From contig MU053810.1 of assembly GCA_013239625.1 (NCBI GenBank), forward strand, positions 5,986,122 through 6,050,121: a DNA stretch of 64,000 nt, in the 5' to 3' direction. This document shows, piece by piece, positions 26,951 to 39,742 of the stretch (position 1 is the first letter of the stretch; every line of letters starts with the position of its first letter). Origin of the DNA: Lama guanicoe (Eukaryota). The position numbers were made by a program, and so were the translations under genes. The notes below the pieces were generated by a model, which saw only the letters and a program-made list of their open reading frames with translations, had not been told where the DNA came from and ran no database searches.

Positions 26951-28340
26951 CTTTCCACATAAACTTGAGAGTCAGTTTGTCAATATTCACAAAATAACTT
27001 CCAGGGGTTTTGACTGGCATTCCATTGACTCTCCAGATCAAGAGGGAAGAAGTGGTGTCCTGACAGTGTCCAATCTTCTTATGCATGGCCATGGATTATC
27101 TCTCCACTTACTAGTTCTTTAGATTTCTTTCATCAGCATTTTGTAGTTTTCCTCGTATAGATCTTGTACATGTTTTGTTAGCTGGCTTTCTTTTTAATGC
27201 TGTTGTATCTCTTTAATTAGTATTTAGATTTCTAATTAGTTAAATTGTTTGGTTTGGGTTCAGTATGGGGTAATTTATTAATAAAATATTTTCTCCTCTT
27301 TGTTTCTCTCTAGTTGGTAACTGATTGATGGGCGTGAACAGAATGTCCTTCTGGTCACATCTCAGATTTTTGGAAATAATTGTAAGAATGACTCTGTCTC
27401 ACATTTTTTGGGAGTAGCTGTAATTTAGAAAATTTAGTTGATTTCAGTAAAGACTTGTTAACTGACTCTTGATACTGTTGGAATTCTTATACTTTTATAC
27501 AACAGATTACGAAATTAGGGTGAATGTAGTTTGTCAGTTTGTCATAGTAGTTCTAATTTTTTGGTTTGGAAAATGTGGTTTAATGAATCACGAGAATGGA
27601 GACAGCCAAGACTGATTCTGTGAGACTGTATTGTAGGCTGGTGTAGTGAGGAAATAGGCAGAGTCAGTGGTAGCACAAGGTACTTTTGTTGATATTTATA
27701 GAATCTTGATTTTTTTTTTTAAGCAGAAGTACTTTGTTTTTCCCAAGTCAGTTAATTAAGGGTGGTGCTGATTGTGAAGTGTTAACTACCACCTTACCTT
27801 GTAATCTGTGAAACGATGCATTATATTCCATAAGTAGTTTCCTAGCAAAATCACATTTATTTGGGTATGAATTAAAGATGTGAATTTGTTACTTTAGTGA
27901 GGGATAACTTAGAAAAATGTTGAAATGTTTAAGATCCCCCCTCCCCATTTTTAGAACCCCTGTACAGAGCATTAATTGTTTCATAGATCAGAAGCATTCT
28001 CAGCTATCTGGAGAGAGTCAGCTTTCTCACTCTTATTCTTTTTTCCCTTCCAGTTAGTTAAAATTCATGTGGTACACAGATTAGTTAATGATGACTTGGA
28101 GTGGTTTGTCTTAGAGGAAATACTTCGGTAGTTTCACTCTGACACGTTAGAACTGTGCGTGTGGACTCTCAGAGTTACAGGCGGGGAGGCGGGGTGGCGC
28201 AGGGGAGGACCTCGGCCCTTGGGGACAGAGTGGCTCTGTTCCTTGGAGTGGTGCTACTTTGGGCAAGTTACTCAACCTCACCACATTTCTTTCTCTTCTT
28301 TGTGAATTGTCTACGTGAGGTATTTAACGTAAGATGACTT

Positions 28341-28456
28341 ATTTTTAGGGGGAGGTAATTAGGTTTATTTATTTTTCAGTGGAGGTACTGGGGATTGAAC
28401 TCAGGACCTCCTGCGTGCTAAGCACGTGCTCTACCACTGAGCTACACCCTCCCCCC
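28341..28456 (-). mobile_element. Vic-1-like SINE
   Basis: Full body on the reverse strand; TSD GATGACTT at 28333-28340 and 28459-28466. Confidence 0.9.
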
Positions 28457-29106
28457 AGGATGACTTTCTTGTGTGTGGTGCAGAGTACAGATTACAATTC
28501 CTGTTTCCATTCTTCTCTGCATTTTCCCAGTTTACTTTGTAAAACCTGCAGCTGAGGTGATCTTTCTAAAGCCAAAAACTAGTCATACCTTTTCTTTCTG
28601 AAAATCCTTCAGTGGCTCCCCTTTAGCCTCAGGATGGAGTGCAAATTCCTCAAGGGTCTATAGGATTTCTCTAGCCTGGTGGCTGTTTCCCTGCTGGGCC
28701 TGCTGACTGCTTAAGCTCCCTCACCTCCAAACTAATGTTCTTTGTTCATTTCATTTTGCTTCAAATCCTGTCTTTTCCTCTTTGCCCTCCCCTTTCCTGA
28801 CCCCCAAGCTGCCTCCATTGTTCAGAACATTAGGTGAAATAAAACTTCTGTCCATTAAGTGCACACGACAAGATTCAGAGCTGCGTAGCACACAGCCCTA
28901 GTGCCTCCATTTACTGCTTAGGGAGTCTTTGGACACATTTGTATATGTGCCCTCATCTGTGAAACCAGGATGTCTGCTTAGTTTACTATGTGAAAATGCT
29001 TTGAAAACCAAATAGTAATCATACTGTTAAAAAGTATTGCTGTCAAGAGTGTATTTTGGGTATTTGTAAGAAGGATATATTCCCTAATATTTGAGAAGAA
29101 AGTTGA

Positions 29107-29475
29107 TGGTATGGATTGAATTGTGCCCCTGCCCTCAAATTTATATGTTGAAGCCCTAATAACCTCCCCCCCACCAACTCTGTTGGAGATAGGGCCTTGT
29201 AAGGAGGTGATTAAGGTTAAATTCAAAAGCTGGAGCTCTGATCCAGTAGAACTGGTGTCCTTATAAAAGAGGAAGCGACACCAGTGGATGAGTCACTTTC
29301 TACCACGTGAGGACAGTGAGAAGGTGACCGCCTGCGAGCCAGGAAGAGAGCTCACCCCAGAAACAGAATTCTGATCCTGGATTTTCCAGTCTCTGGAACT
29401 ATGAGAAAATAAATTTCTTTTGTTTCAGCTACTCACTCTGGTATTTTGTTATGGCAGCCTGAGCAGACTAATACA
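29107..29475 (+). mobile_element. MLT1A-like MaLR solo LTR
   Basis: tggtatggattgaattgtgcccc...aaatttatatgttgaagccctaa...gagaaaataaatttc...ttgttatggcagcctgagcagactaataca. Confidence 0.85.
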
Positions 29476-30289
29476 CATTAAAATATAATTACCTTGTGGG
29501 AAGGGCAAACCAGACTGATTTCTCAGATAAATTTTAATGAGTAACAACCGTAAATTAGTGGACTAGTTTAGAAAATAGTCTTGGTAATTTGGGAATTATC
29601 CTAATAGATTTTTTTTTTGTCTGTTTGACTAGGAGTATTTCTATAAATTGTTAATTTCAAATTTAAACAAGACCCTATTTTGGGAAACTTACTCTCGCCC
29701 TCCCCCATATAAAAGTTAAATCATTTAGGATGCACTTGTCTTGCAGGTAATAGAACTCATCTCAGTTAGAATTAAACAGTAAGGAACATTTATTATTATT
29801 TTGTATCATGAGAAATTCCAAGGTAAGATTATCTGGTTAATAATTTTAGCTCAGTGTCAGGAGGGATTCAAATTCTTTCTCTTTCTCCCTTGTACCTGGT
29901 GGAAGTATAGCCTTGTTCTTAGTCTCCTGGTGTCTGCAAGATGGTTGCAGTAAAAATGTTACATGGTTATTGGAGAACATTTGGAAATGTCACAGAAGGA
30001 TAGGGATGAAAACATAAATTTTATATACTCTAACTGTTAACATGCTGACGTATCTCCTGAGTTTGTATAGGTATTGAATTATACCAAAGAAAATTAGATC
30101 ACGCTGTATACACAGATATATATTGTTTTATTCCCATTAAGATTATATCAAGAGAATTCTCTAAGTAAAAAATAATCTTTTTTTCCTGATTATTGGGGTA
30201 ATGATCATCGAAAAAAATTGGATACAGAGAAATATAGAGAATATTAAGAAAAGTCACCCAGAGATGACCACTCCAGGTCAACATATGTA

Positions 30290-30440
30290 TTTTTTGTTTT
30301 TGGGTTTTTTTTTTTTTTTTTTTTGGCAGGGGGAGGTGATTAGGTTTACTTATTTGTTTTTAGAGGAGGTGCTAGGAATTGAACCCGGGACCTTGTGCAT
30401 GCTAAGCATGCACTCTACCACTTGAGCTACACCCTCACCC
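30290..30440 (-). mobile_element. Vic-1-like SINE
   Basis: Reverse-strand body with long poly-T; caacatat flanks both sides. Confidence 0.88.
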
Positions 30441-30614
30441 CAACATATATGTTAATATATTTCCTTTTAAACCCTTTCTTTTTTATATGCACACAATACA
30501 TGTGTACACATTTCTTTAAGAAAAAGATAGAAAATCATTTTATAGCCTACTTTTATTATTGAATATTTTATACACCTTTACTTGTGGATCTTACTCCTGT
30601 TTCTTTGCTTCTTC

Positions 30615-32831
30615 ACTCTCAGCCCATATCTGTGGCCTCATGTGTAGTCCCAGTTGACTGAGGAAGAAAAATCTTAGGTCTAGTTTGCAGGTGGTTACAC
30701 ATTAATATGCTGGTACCACCTGAAGATGGACATCTATAGTGCTGTAACCACACTCAGCAGTGACCCAGAAGGGCAGTGGTGAAGGGGAATTCTCCCAGAG
30801 GTAGCTCTTTTTAAATTTATTGGCGGATAGTTGATTTACAATATTGTATCAGTTTCAGGTGTACGGCAAGATGATTCAGTTATATATATGTGTGTTTTCT
30901 GATTATTTTCCATTATAGGTTATTATAAGATACTGAATAAAGTTTCCTGTGCTATGCAGTAAATCCTGGTTGCAACCTACTGGCAGATCTTTGATCAGTG
31001 CACCTAGTCGATCATTTGTCTTGAAAGAGAGATGGTTACAGATGTGGATTCAGTGTACTTCATGGCAGTAACTAATCGTTTGGCTAATTGATTATAGGCT
31101 TGGAAAGAACCCATAATTGGAAGTATGGGGAACAGATATGTAGGTAGGCCTCCGAATGGACACAGAGTAATACTTCTGTTCATTGTGAATGCCCATCAAA
31201 GAGCAACCTCGGCAGAGAAGAATCTTAGTAATCAGGTGGACAAGACGTCACCTCTGAATTTCAGCCTCTTTCCCTGCCCATCCAACTCTACACTTGCCCA
31301 GCAGGCTTATGAAAAAGACACATGGCGGTAGACATGGAGGTTGTGCGTATGCTCAGAAATAGGGGTTTCCACTCACCACAACCAGCCTAGCTATTGCTAC
31401 TGCTCAGTGACCACCTTGCCAATACCAGGGAGCCACCACTGACCCTGTAAGATGGCACCATTCCTCTGGAGGGGCCAGCCAGGTGTCTGGTAGCAGATGG
31501 TGTGCATTGGACTACTTCCATAAGGGAGAGGACAACACTTTGTTCTCCCTGAAATAACTGCTTACTCTGGGTATGGATTTGCTTTCCCTCCCTGCATTGT
31601 TTCTGCCAAAACTATTTGTGACTTGCAGAATGCCTTAATTATGTCTTGGTATTTCTTATCACTTCTGACCAGGCAGTTCATTTCACAGTGAGTGAATTAT
31701 GGCCTTGGGCTCATGTTCATGGGATTCCTGGCCTCACCATGTTCCCCATTACCCTGAGGCAGCTGAATTGATACAACAGTAGAATATCCTTTTGAAGACT
31801 GACTGCACCAGTTGGTGGCAATTCTTTGCAGTGCTGGGGTAATGTTCTCTAAGATGTAGTCCATTCTCTGAATCAGCTGCCGGTGTGTGGTGGTGTTTTT
31901 CTTGGTAGCCAGTATTCACCCATCAGGGAATCGAGAGATGGAAATGGAATGACCTCTTCTTACTTATCCCTAATGATCCACTAGCAAAAATTTTTCTTTT
32001 TTATCCACAATTCCAGGGTTTGCTGGTTTAGAGTTCTTAGTTCTAAAGAGAGGAATGCTTTTACTGGGGAATGCTGCATTGGTTCTGTTAGACTGGAAGT
32101 TGAGCACCTGGCCACTGGTTTCCTCATGCTGGTGAAGTAACAGGCAAGCAGGTGATTACTGTATTGATTGGTGTGATTGATCTCGACACTCAACTGGAAA
32201 TTGGGTTGCTACTACACATTGCGGGTAAAGAAGAGTATGTCTGGATTGCAAGAGATCCTCTGGTGTGCCTCTTGCCATACCTGTGTCCTGTGATGAAAAA
32301 GTTAATGGAAAACTAAAACAGCCCAATACAGGTAGGGCTGCTAATGGCAGAGAAAGTTTGAGTCAACCCACCAGGCAAGGAACAACAACTAGATGAGATG
32401 AGGCAAATGGAATACGTACTGGATAATAGGAGAAGGAAGTGGTAAATACCAGCTATGAACTTATGACCAGTGATAAAATGAAAACCCTATTAGTTATGAA
32501 TATTTGTTCTGTATCTTAATATTTGTGTATATTCTCCATGGCCCCTCCCCCATTCTTCTGTATTCAACTCAAGATGTGTTAATAGTGGTTAACCTTGAAT
32601 TTCAGTGCTTAAGTTACGGGATCTCAAATGGGAAGTGCAACTCAACTAGGAAAGGAATGAGCATTACTCAAAGAGAAAGTAGACTTTGTATTCTCTTTTA
32701 GGGCAGTGGCATCTTTTTGGTTTTATGAGGGATAGTTGGCATCATGTTAGACTGAAGCAAGATTTTGCTGTTGTTTTTATTCAGAAGTTGAATATGATTA
32801 ATGAGGTGTGTACCATATTGTCAGAGGGTGC
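30615..32831 (+). mobile_element. ERV-L internal remnant: RNase H, integrase and dUTPase (pseudogenised), with a short L1 3' insert at ~30808-30975
   Basis: Fragments translate as QLTEEEK (~30650), YSGYGFAFP (~31563), SDQAVHFT (~31664), HVPHYPEAAELIQQ*NILLKT (~31738) and dUTPase-like GVIDLD...EIGLLLH (~32171-32217). Many stops and frameshifts. Confidence 0.85.
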
Positions 32832-33367
32832 TGTGATGGTTTGTATTGTATCAGTTTACTTAAGCTGGACCTGTGTATCTCATAGTTATATTATGGTTCC
32901 TTCCCTGTGTGTTAGTGGGTTAAAATTGGCCAAAAGAGGATTTGGGTAAGCAACAGTCACTAACTTCTGAAGGATTCTGTGGTTAGATGCAGTGGGAGAT
33001 GCAGAGGTGTTGTTGGGTTCCACCCTTACCATGGTCTCCCTTGCTCTGCATCTAGGTCTTTTTCTTGGTTGCTGATAATTTGGTCAACAGCGGCATCAGG
33101 CCCACTCAGCTGGTGGGAGACCTACAGCTTCCCCCAGCACAGCTCCCACATCTCCCCATGAGCCTTTCCTTTGCAGTCCCGTTTCTGCAGCAGGATGTGT
33201 TAAGCTTCTCAAATAGACTGACTGATGACTCTGATCCTCTCACTTCCCTCCAAGACCTTCACAACTTTCCCAGCTACTCCTGTAATTGTGTAAGGTAAAA
33301 TTCTGTGCTTTCTTATTCTGTAACTCATAGTGGCTCTGCTTCCCAGTTTGAATTACGACTTCATGCA
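32832..33367 (+). mobile_element. ERV-L 3' LTR (MLT2-type)
   Basis: Follows a purine-rich PPT-like cagagggtgc; begins TGTGATGGTT and ends ...gtggctctgcttccc...gacttcatgCA. Confidence 0.7.
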
Positions 33368-34610
33368 TTTTCCTTGTATACCTAGATCACATTTATTCAC
33401 TGCATGGTATTCTAATATATGAATATTTTAACCACCAGTTAAAAGGGCCATTCAGATGGTTTCTAGGTGTGTTTTTGTTTTTGTTTTTTTTTGTTTTTTG
33501 CTGTATAAACAAGGATGTGGACATCCTTGAACACCGAGTTTCTTTGCATTGACCTTTTATTTCTTTTGGGTAAATTCCTGGAAGTGAAGAATGTATACAT
33601 TTTAAAGAACTGGGATACACATGGTCTGATTGCACTCTTCAGCTGAATGTGAAAGTGCTTGCCCAGGCTACACTCTTGATCATCATGGCTCTTTTGGTTT
33701 TACTCCTTTTAAGAAGAAATAAAATTATATGAGAAAATAATTAGTTAATATGGAAGGAGCTGATGGAAGGAAGCCAGTGTCTTGGACTTACGGAATATAT
33801 TCCGTCAATAATAATACATTTAACTAATTCTGTGTTTAAATGTAGTTGTTCTTCCTAAAATTGGGTTTTTCCAGGTTTTGCATGAAGACTTTTTTTAAAG
33901 TATAAGGCTTGCAATATGGTACAGGATGGTAAAGGGATTAGTCAGGGATAAGTGTCGTTGACTTAGGCTATAAGTAGGGTAAAACCTAAAATTTCAGAAC
34001 TTAATTATCTAGGAAATGCCCTGGAGATATAAATTGTCTTGTGAAGGTTTAAAAACATGCTCTGAGTGAGAGTTGAATTTGGAGTGTTATTTAATACGTA
34101 TACTACCCGTTGATTGTTTCATGTTATCTCTTCAATTACAGAAGGTAGCTCCCATCCCTGTCCATCAAAGCTATGTGACACAGGAGGCAGCAGAGATTTC
34201 CCCTGGATTTGCTGGGAATGAAAAGGCTCATAGGCCTGTTAGCAGTTGCTTAAGTGGGAGGTGGTGGGGAGGAGCTGTGCTAAAGCTTACAGTGACCAGG
34301 TTTCAGCCTGAATTGTTGTGCGAAAAATTTATTCTTTTTGCTGGATATTTGCCATAACCTGGTAGGGTTTCTTTTTTATTTATTTATTTTTGCTTTTATT
34401 GGAATGGGAATTTTGTTGGAGAAAAATAGATCCTTTCCGTGTTAGTTAGCACTGAGTGTTTGCATACCCAAGACTCCAGCCTGGAACTGGCCTGTGTACT
34501 GTTTTTTCCTAGTCTTCCTATCCCTCTCCATGGAGTGATGATGGATTCCTCCTGGAAAGTTTCTCAAGTCTCAGACCAACCAAACCCATAGGTGGCCTTC
34601 AGCAAAGTAG

Positions 34611-34837
34611 CTTTTTAAAAAATTGAAGTACAGTAATTACAATGTGTCAGTTTCTGTTGTACAGCACAGTGTGCCAGTCATGCATATACATACATTTTTT
34701 TCATATTTTTTTCCATTAGAGGTTATTACAAGATATTGAACATAGTTCCCTGTGCTATACAAAAGAAACTTAAAAATCTGTTTTTATATATAGTGGCTAA
34801 CATTTGTAAATCTCAAACTCCTAAATTTATCTCTTCC
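34611..34837 (-). mobile_element. Young-looking L1 3' fragment with TSD CAAAGTAG
   Basis: attgaagtacagtaattacaatgtgtcagtttctgttgtacagc...gttccctgtgctatac; caaagtag at ~34603 and ~34838. Confidence 0.8.
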
Positions 34838-37332
34838 CAAAGTAGATGTTTTGTCTGTAAAACTCTTCCGTTACATTAAAAGTTGACATTTTAAATCCTT
34901 CCCATTAACACACTTCTTTTAAAAAAAAGTCCTTAAACCAAGAAGTATTCCTTACATAGTGTATTTTATCAATTTCTAAGAAACTTTCTCCTCGCCCCTG
35001 TCTGTAACTGGGTGCATTTTACAATTAATGTTGTCCTTAAAAGCCAGGCAGCAGTTGTCATTGTTCCCACTTGAGTGAATTTGTATGATTTTGCTGTTAG
35101 TATAACTGGATTATTGCACCTTGTCAACAGACCACTTAAGGACCTTTTGAGGATAGAAGAGAGTCTTGGGTTTTGTCTTAAAAAATTTTTTTTGATAAAA
35201 AAAATTAAGATAACATTAAAATTATCTTAAAAAATTAAGATAACACCAGCATCAAAGTTTGCAGAATTGGTATCAAGAGCTTGGGAGAACAGCCTGGAAA
35301 TAATGATGGAACCTTATTTTAAAAGATGGATCACTTGCAGTGGGAAGTTCACAACATCACTTATATAGTATTCCAGCCTGTATTTAATCTGCATCACATC
35401 TTGAGGAAACAGTTGGACAGATTAAGGTTGAAGGACTTCCTATAAGACAACTAGCCTGGAGTTTAAAAAAAAAATGTTGTATGTTTTGAAAGAAAAAAAA
35501 GGTCACGGTTGGGAGGGGATGCTCTGATTTAAGGAAACTGCATAGACATAACTGTCAAGAACATACACAATAAAAGGTGTAAAGGGTTTGTTTTGTAAGT
35601 CGGATAATTTGAAAATGAACTCTATAGCAGGTATTACTCTATGATTAAGAGCGGCATATAAAGTTCACCATTTAAATAAATCCCAAAGAGCATTTTCTGG
35701 AAGTATAAAATAAAAGTTCTTCAGAAGAAACCATCCTGACGTAATTGAGTTGGCAGATTTTTTTACTGAGTGATACATAAAAACAGTGTATCTGACAGTT
35801 GTTTTGTTGGAGTCATTGAAATATGGTATTTTTTGGTAGGCGTAGGTTATTTTTTAGTGGATTATCATGAAATTTCTTCCACTATATATATAATTGGAAA
35901 AACCTTATTTAAACATTTGAAATATTCTGTGGGAAAAATACTGACTTTGGAAAAGTTTCTGGGAAGTTGGGATTAGAGTTAAGTTAAAGGTTGTTAAAAA
36001 AGAATATGATGTGTTAATGTTTCTAGAAAGAGTGGGAGGAAAGGCAAAGACATAGAAGCAAGATGGCAGAAAACTTTTTTAATGCACAAGAGACTCCTAT
36101 TTTGTTACTTAAGCAGAATCATTAAACCACTTGCAGTGAGGACACAGAGAAATTATTGTTCCTCAAAGAAAGCAAATTATTTTCTGTCCTCTTGTCAGAC
36201 TTAAGCAAGGGTTCAAGATGAGTAAGAAAGAGAACATTTTAAGTCATGCTGTTTTTCTGAAATGTTACTAAACAGGCCAATACTACAGGATATGTGCTAG
36301 GTATAGGCTGCGTTTTCTATGTAGGACATCTTTTGATAAAGTAGGGCCCTGACTTAGAAATGGTGCTCTTAAAGTTGGCTTGTAGCTTAGTATTCGGAAC
36401 TCATGCAGCTAAAATGTCACAGAGAAGAGTTGGGAGAAAGCGATTAGTTTTATTAGCCTTGTAAAATAAACAAACTAGTGCTTTTAATAAATCAATAGTA
36501 CTAGTGTTTGAGGAAAACAGATTTAAGGTGGAGCTAGAACAGTGACTATTGGTGTTTTGGTATTTATTTCATATAAGAATATCTGTTAAAATAGATGTTT
36601 TATTTTTAAGATATTTTCTAAGAAAAGGGTTCTGATTTCACTTAAAATTAATGACAATTTTTAATATATTTCAGATACAAAACTTTGCAAACATTATAAA
36701 ACCAAATAAAATGTGACTTTAGAAAACTAAATGCGACGTTTATTGAAGTTGAGGGACAGATACATTGGGTTATATTATTCTTTCTACTTTTATATATACT
36801 AGACTCTACTACTCAGAGGCACAGAAGGAGATATTTATAATTCTCTGTACATGTTTTCCGTGGAATTCCTACAACTACTAAATGCTATCTCTTGTTTGGT
36901 TATTTAGAAGGAGTTGGATTTGAACTTGTTTTTCACAGGGCCCAATACATTGATGCGCTGATGAAAATCAAGGTTATAATATTAGAGGAATTAAAATGAG
37001 AGTAGGCAACTAATAGTTACTGAGAACTGTGTTTTGAAAAAGATGCTAGGGAGGAATAGCACATGGGGAGATGCCCATGAAACATTATGAAAAAAGCAGA
37101 ATACATAACTACAGACTATGTGTTCATTTTTACATTGTTGTATACATGTATACAGAAGAGACTTGAAGAAAATACACTAAAATGTTAATATGGTCTATTT
37201 GGATGATAGGACCATGGTACATTAAATATTTTAAAATTTACATTCTCTGTCTCTCTCTTTTTTTTTTTTTGGTTAAAAAACAGGCAAAAATTAAACCATA
37301 AAGTATTTCTTTTCGTTTAGAATGCATTACTT

Positions 37333-37399
37333 AAAAGTTTTGTTTTGTCTTTTTGAGCAGGGTAATTAGGTTTTATTTATTTTTAAATAGAGTTACTGG
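37333..37399 (-). mobile_element. 5'-truncated Vic-1-like SINE with TSD
   Basis: gggtaattaggttttatttatttttaaatagagttactggg; TSD GCATTACTT at 37324-37332 and 37400-37408. Confidence 0.75.
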
Positions 37400-37530
37400 G
37401 CATTACTTTTTAAGCATAGTCATGACAAGGTTGTTCTGTCTCTTTTAGGGTTCAAGTAATTACATGTAATAGAGGAAGAAAGATTTTTCTTGTGGTAATA
37501 GGTAAAGGTTGAGAATGAGGGAGAGGAGAG

Positions 37531-37650
37531 AGAGGGTATAGCTCAAGTGGTAGATCGCATGCTTAGTGTGCACAGGTCCTCATTGCAATCCCCAGTACCT
37601 CTTCTAAAAATAAATAAATAAACCTAATTACCTCCCCCCTCAAAAAAAAA
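37531..37650 (+). mobile_element. Vic-1-like SINE
   Basis: agagggtatagctcaagtggtaga...cccagtacctc...aaacctaattacctccccc plus A tail. Confidence 0.88.
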
Positions 37651-39612
37651 CAAAAGAGAAAGAGGTAGTGTGGCTAAAGATAAATGTATAGGTATGAGAG
37701 AGAGTGCTTGTAGCTAGTAATTTCCACCTTAGGCAGTGAAAAATGAAATTAATTTGCCTGTGTAGTCACCTTGAGGGGCAAGAAAAGGACTTAATAGGCG
37801 TAGGTATTCCTTGAAAAAAGGTTCTTTACTCCAGCTAGCAGATCCTAACTCAGTAAAGCCTGGTTTCCACAGGTGGAAACGGGAGGAAGAAGAGAGCTAG
37901 CTTTATATATGGGACTGTTCAGAAAATTCAGTTATCTAAGGAATTTCCTGTTTAGTTCTTGGCTACATTGTTTATTTTGAGTTTAGCTCTTTTAAACAAG
38001 TTTTTCTTTTAAAGCTGACTATGTTTATTTCCATTTTAAGCAGACTTCATCAGTGGCATGTAAGACAGGGATGGCAAATGGGTTACGTATCACACGTCAG
38101 TACCTATAATGAGTAGTTAAGAGTATTGAAGACTTTTGCAAGAAGACTGCTGTCATTGATTCACAAGGTCTGTTGTAGCTCCTTGGAGAAATGCTGGCTA
38201 TTTGACTTCTAGTTTATAATCCAAAGTGATCATTTGGAACATACTAAGGCTGTTTAGTAGTTTTACAGTAAAAGCATCAAAGAATGAAGGAGACCAACTA
38301 TCGGATACTAAGCTTACAAACCTGAAATAAGTGACACCAGTGATTCTTACGTGGATTTAACTTTTAAATTCATGACCTAAGAGGAAATTAACTGTGACTA
38401 GAACTGCACTCTCCAGGAAGGTAGCCACAATGTGCATGTGACTCTTGAACACTTTAAATATGGCTAGTTTGAGAAAGTGAATTTAAAATTTTAATTATTT
38501 TAAATTTAAACTTAAAATGGAAGCAGTGTAAGATATTTTCTGTTAAGTACAACTTAATTTTTTTGGTAGGGCTGTATTTTGCTTCAACCATTGCATCGGA
38601 ACATGCACGGGAGCTTTTTATGTCTGGGCCTGGAAATGGCACCTATTTCTGCTATCATTCCATTGGCAATACTTAGTTATGTGACCATGCTCTTAGGGAA
38701 GCTGGGAAATAAAGTTTAAATCTATACCCTAGACTAGTTAGTTAATACACCCATCACTTCACATGGATCTTTTTTTTAAAGTTCTCCCTCTTAGCAGATT
38801 TCAATTATGCAGTACAGTGTTATCAACTACAGTCACCATATTTTACATTTAGGCCTTTTTGTTGGATGGAGCTAAGATACTGATATATAATATCATATGA
38901 TAAAATTCAAATTAGGTTCAAACTAATGCTTTCAGTTTAAATCCAGAAGTACAGGTTTTTCTTAATGTCGTTCTTCTTACATCAGAATCTCTTTTGAACC
39001 ATGCCAGAAATCTCAGTTCTCAGTGACATTATTGACTTGCTTTATGCCACACTACACAAACAACAGTCTTGGGATAATAATTCTGAAGCTACCATCAGCA
39101 ATAAAATGACTGAAAACAGGTTCAGTATTTTTTTTCCTCTTTCAATTGTTTTTGTCCTAAGGATTAAACCTCATTAAGAATATGCAATCAAATGACTGTG
39201 CTTTGAAACCACTTCTAGGTTATTTCCTCTCTGGTTAAGCCACTAATTGGATGCACAATTAGGCTCATTTGATTAACTTTATATTTAATTTTGCAGAGTT
39301 CCTTTTTAAAATTTCATTTTATTTCATAATTGTGTAAGTTATTTATATAGTTCCAAAAACAAGTCTTAAAAACAAGGTATGTTTAAAGAATCCTATGCGT
39401 GTTCTTGCCAACCTATTTACCCTCAACCTCATATGTAATTATTTTTTAAAGATGTTGTGGTTTATCCTTTTTTGAAAAAAAGCATATATTTTTGTATCTT
39501 TCCCCAGTCCTTAAATATCAGTAGCATTCTGTAAATACTTTTTTCTATCTTTTTTATTTCCACCTTTTCAGTATTCTGGAGATGGAGTGTAGTATTAATA
39601 ACAATACCCCTC

Positions 39613-39742
39613 AGGAGGGAGGGTGGTTAGCTCATTGGTAGAGTGCGTACTCAGCATATGAGAGGTCCTGGGTTCAATTCCCAGTACCCCATTAAAAAAT
39701 AAATACAGTATAAATAAATAAACCTAATTCCCCCCCAATAAA
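39613..39742 (+). mobile_element. Vic-1-like SINE with 16-bp TSD
   Basis: TSD AATAACAATA(C/T)CCCTC at 39597-39612 and 39743-39758. Confidence 0.88.

Noticed and set aside
30615..32831. Domesticated ERV-L gene
   Set aside because: Numerous stops, frameshifts and an L1 insertion; no long ORF survives.
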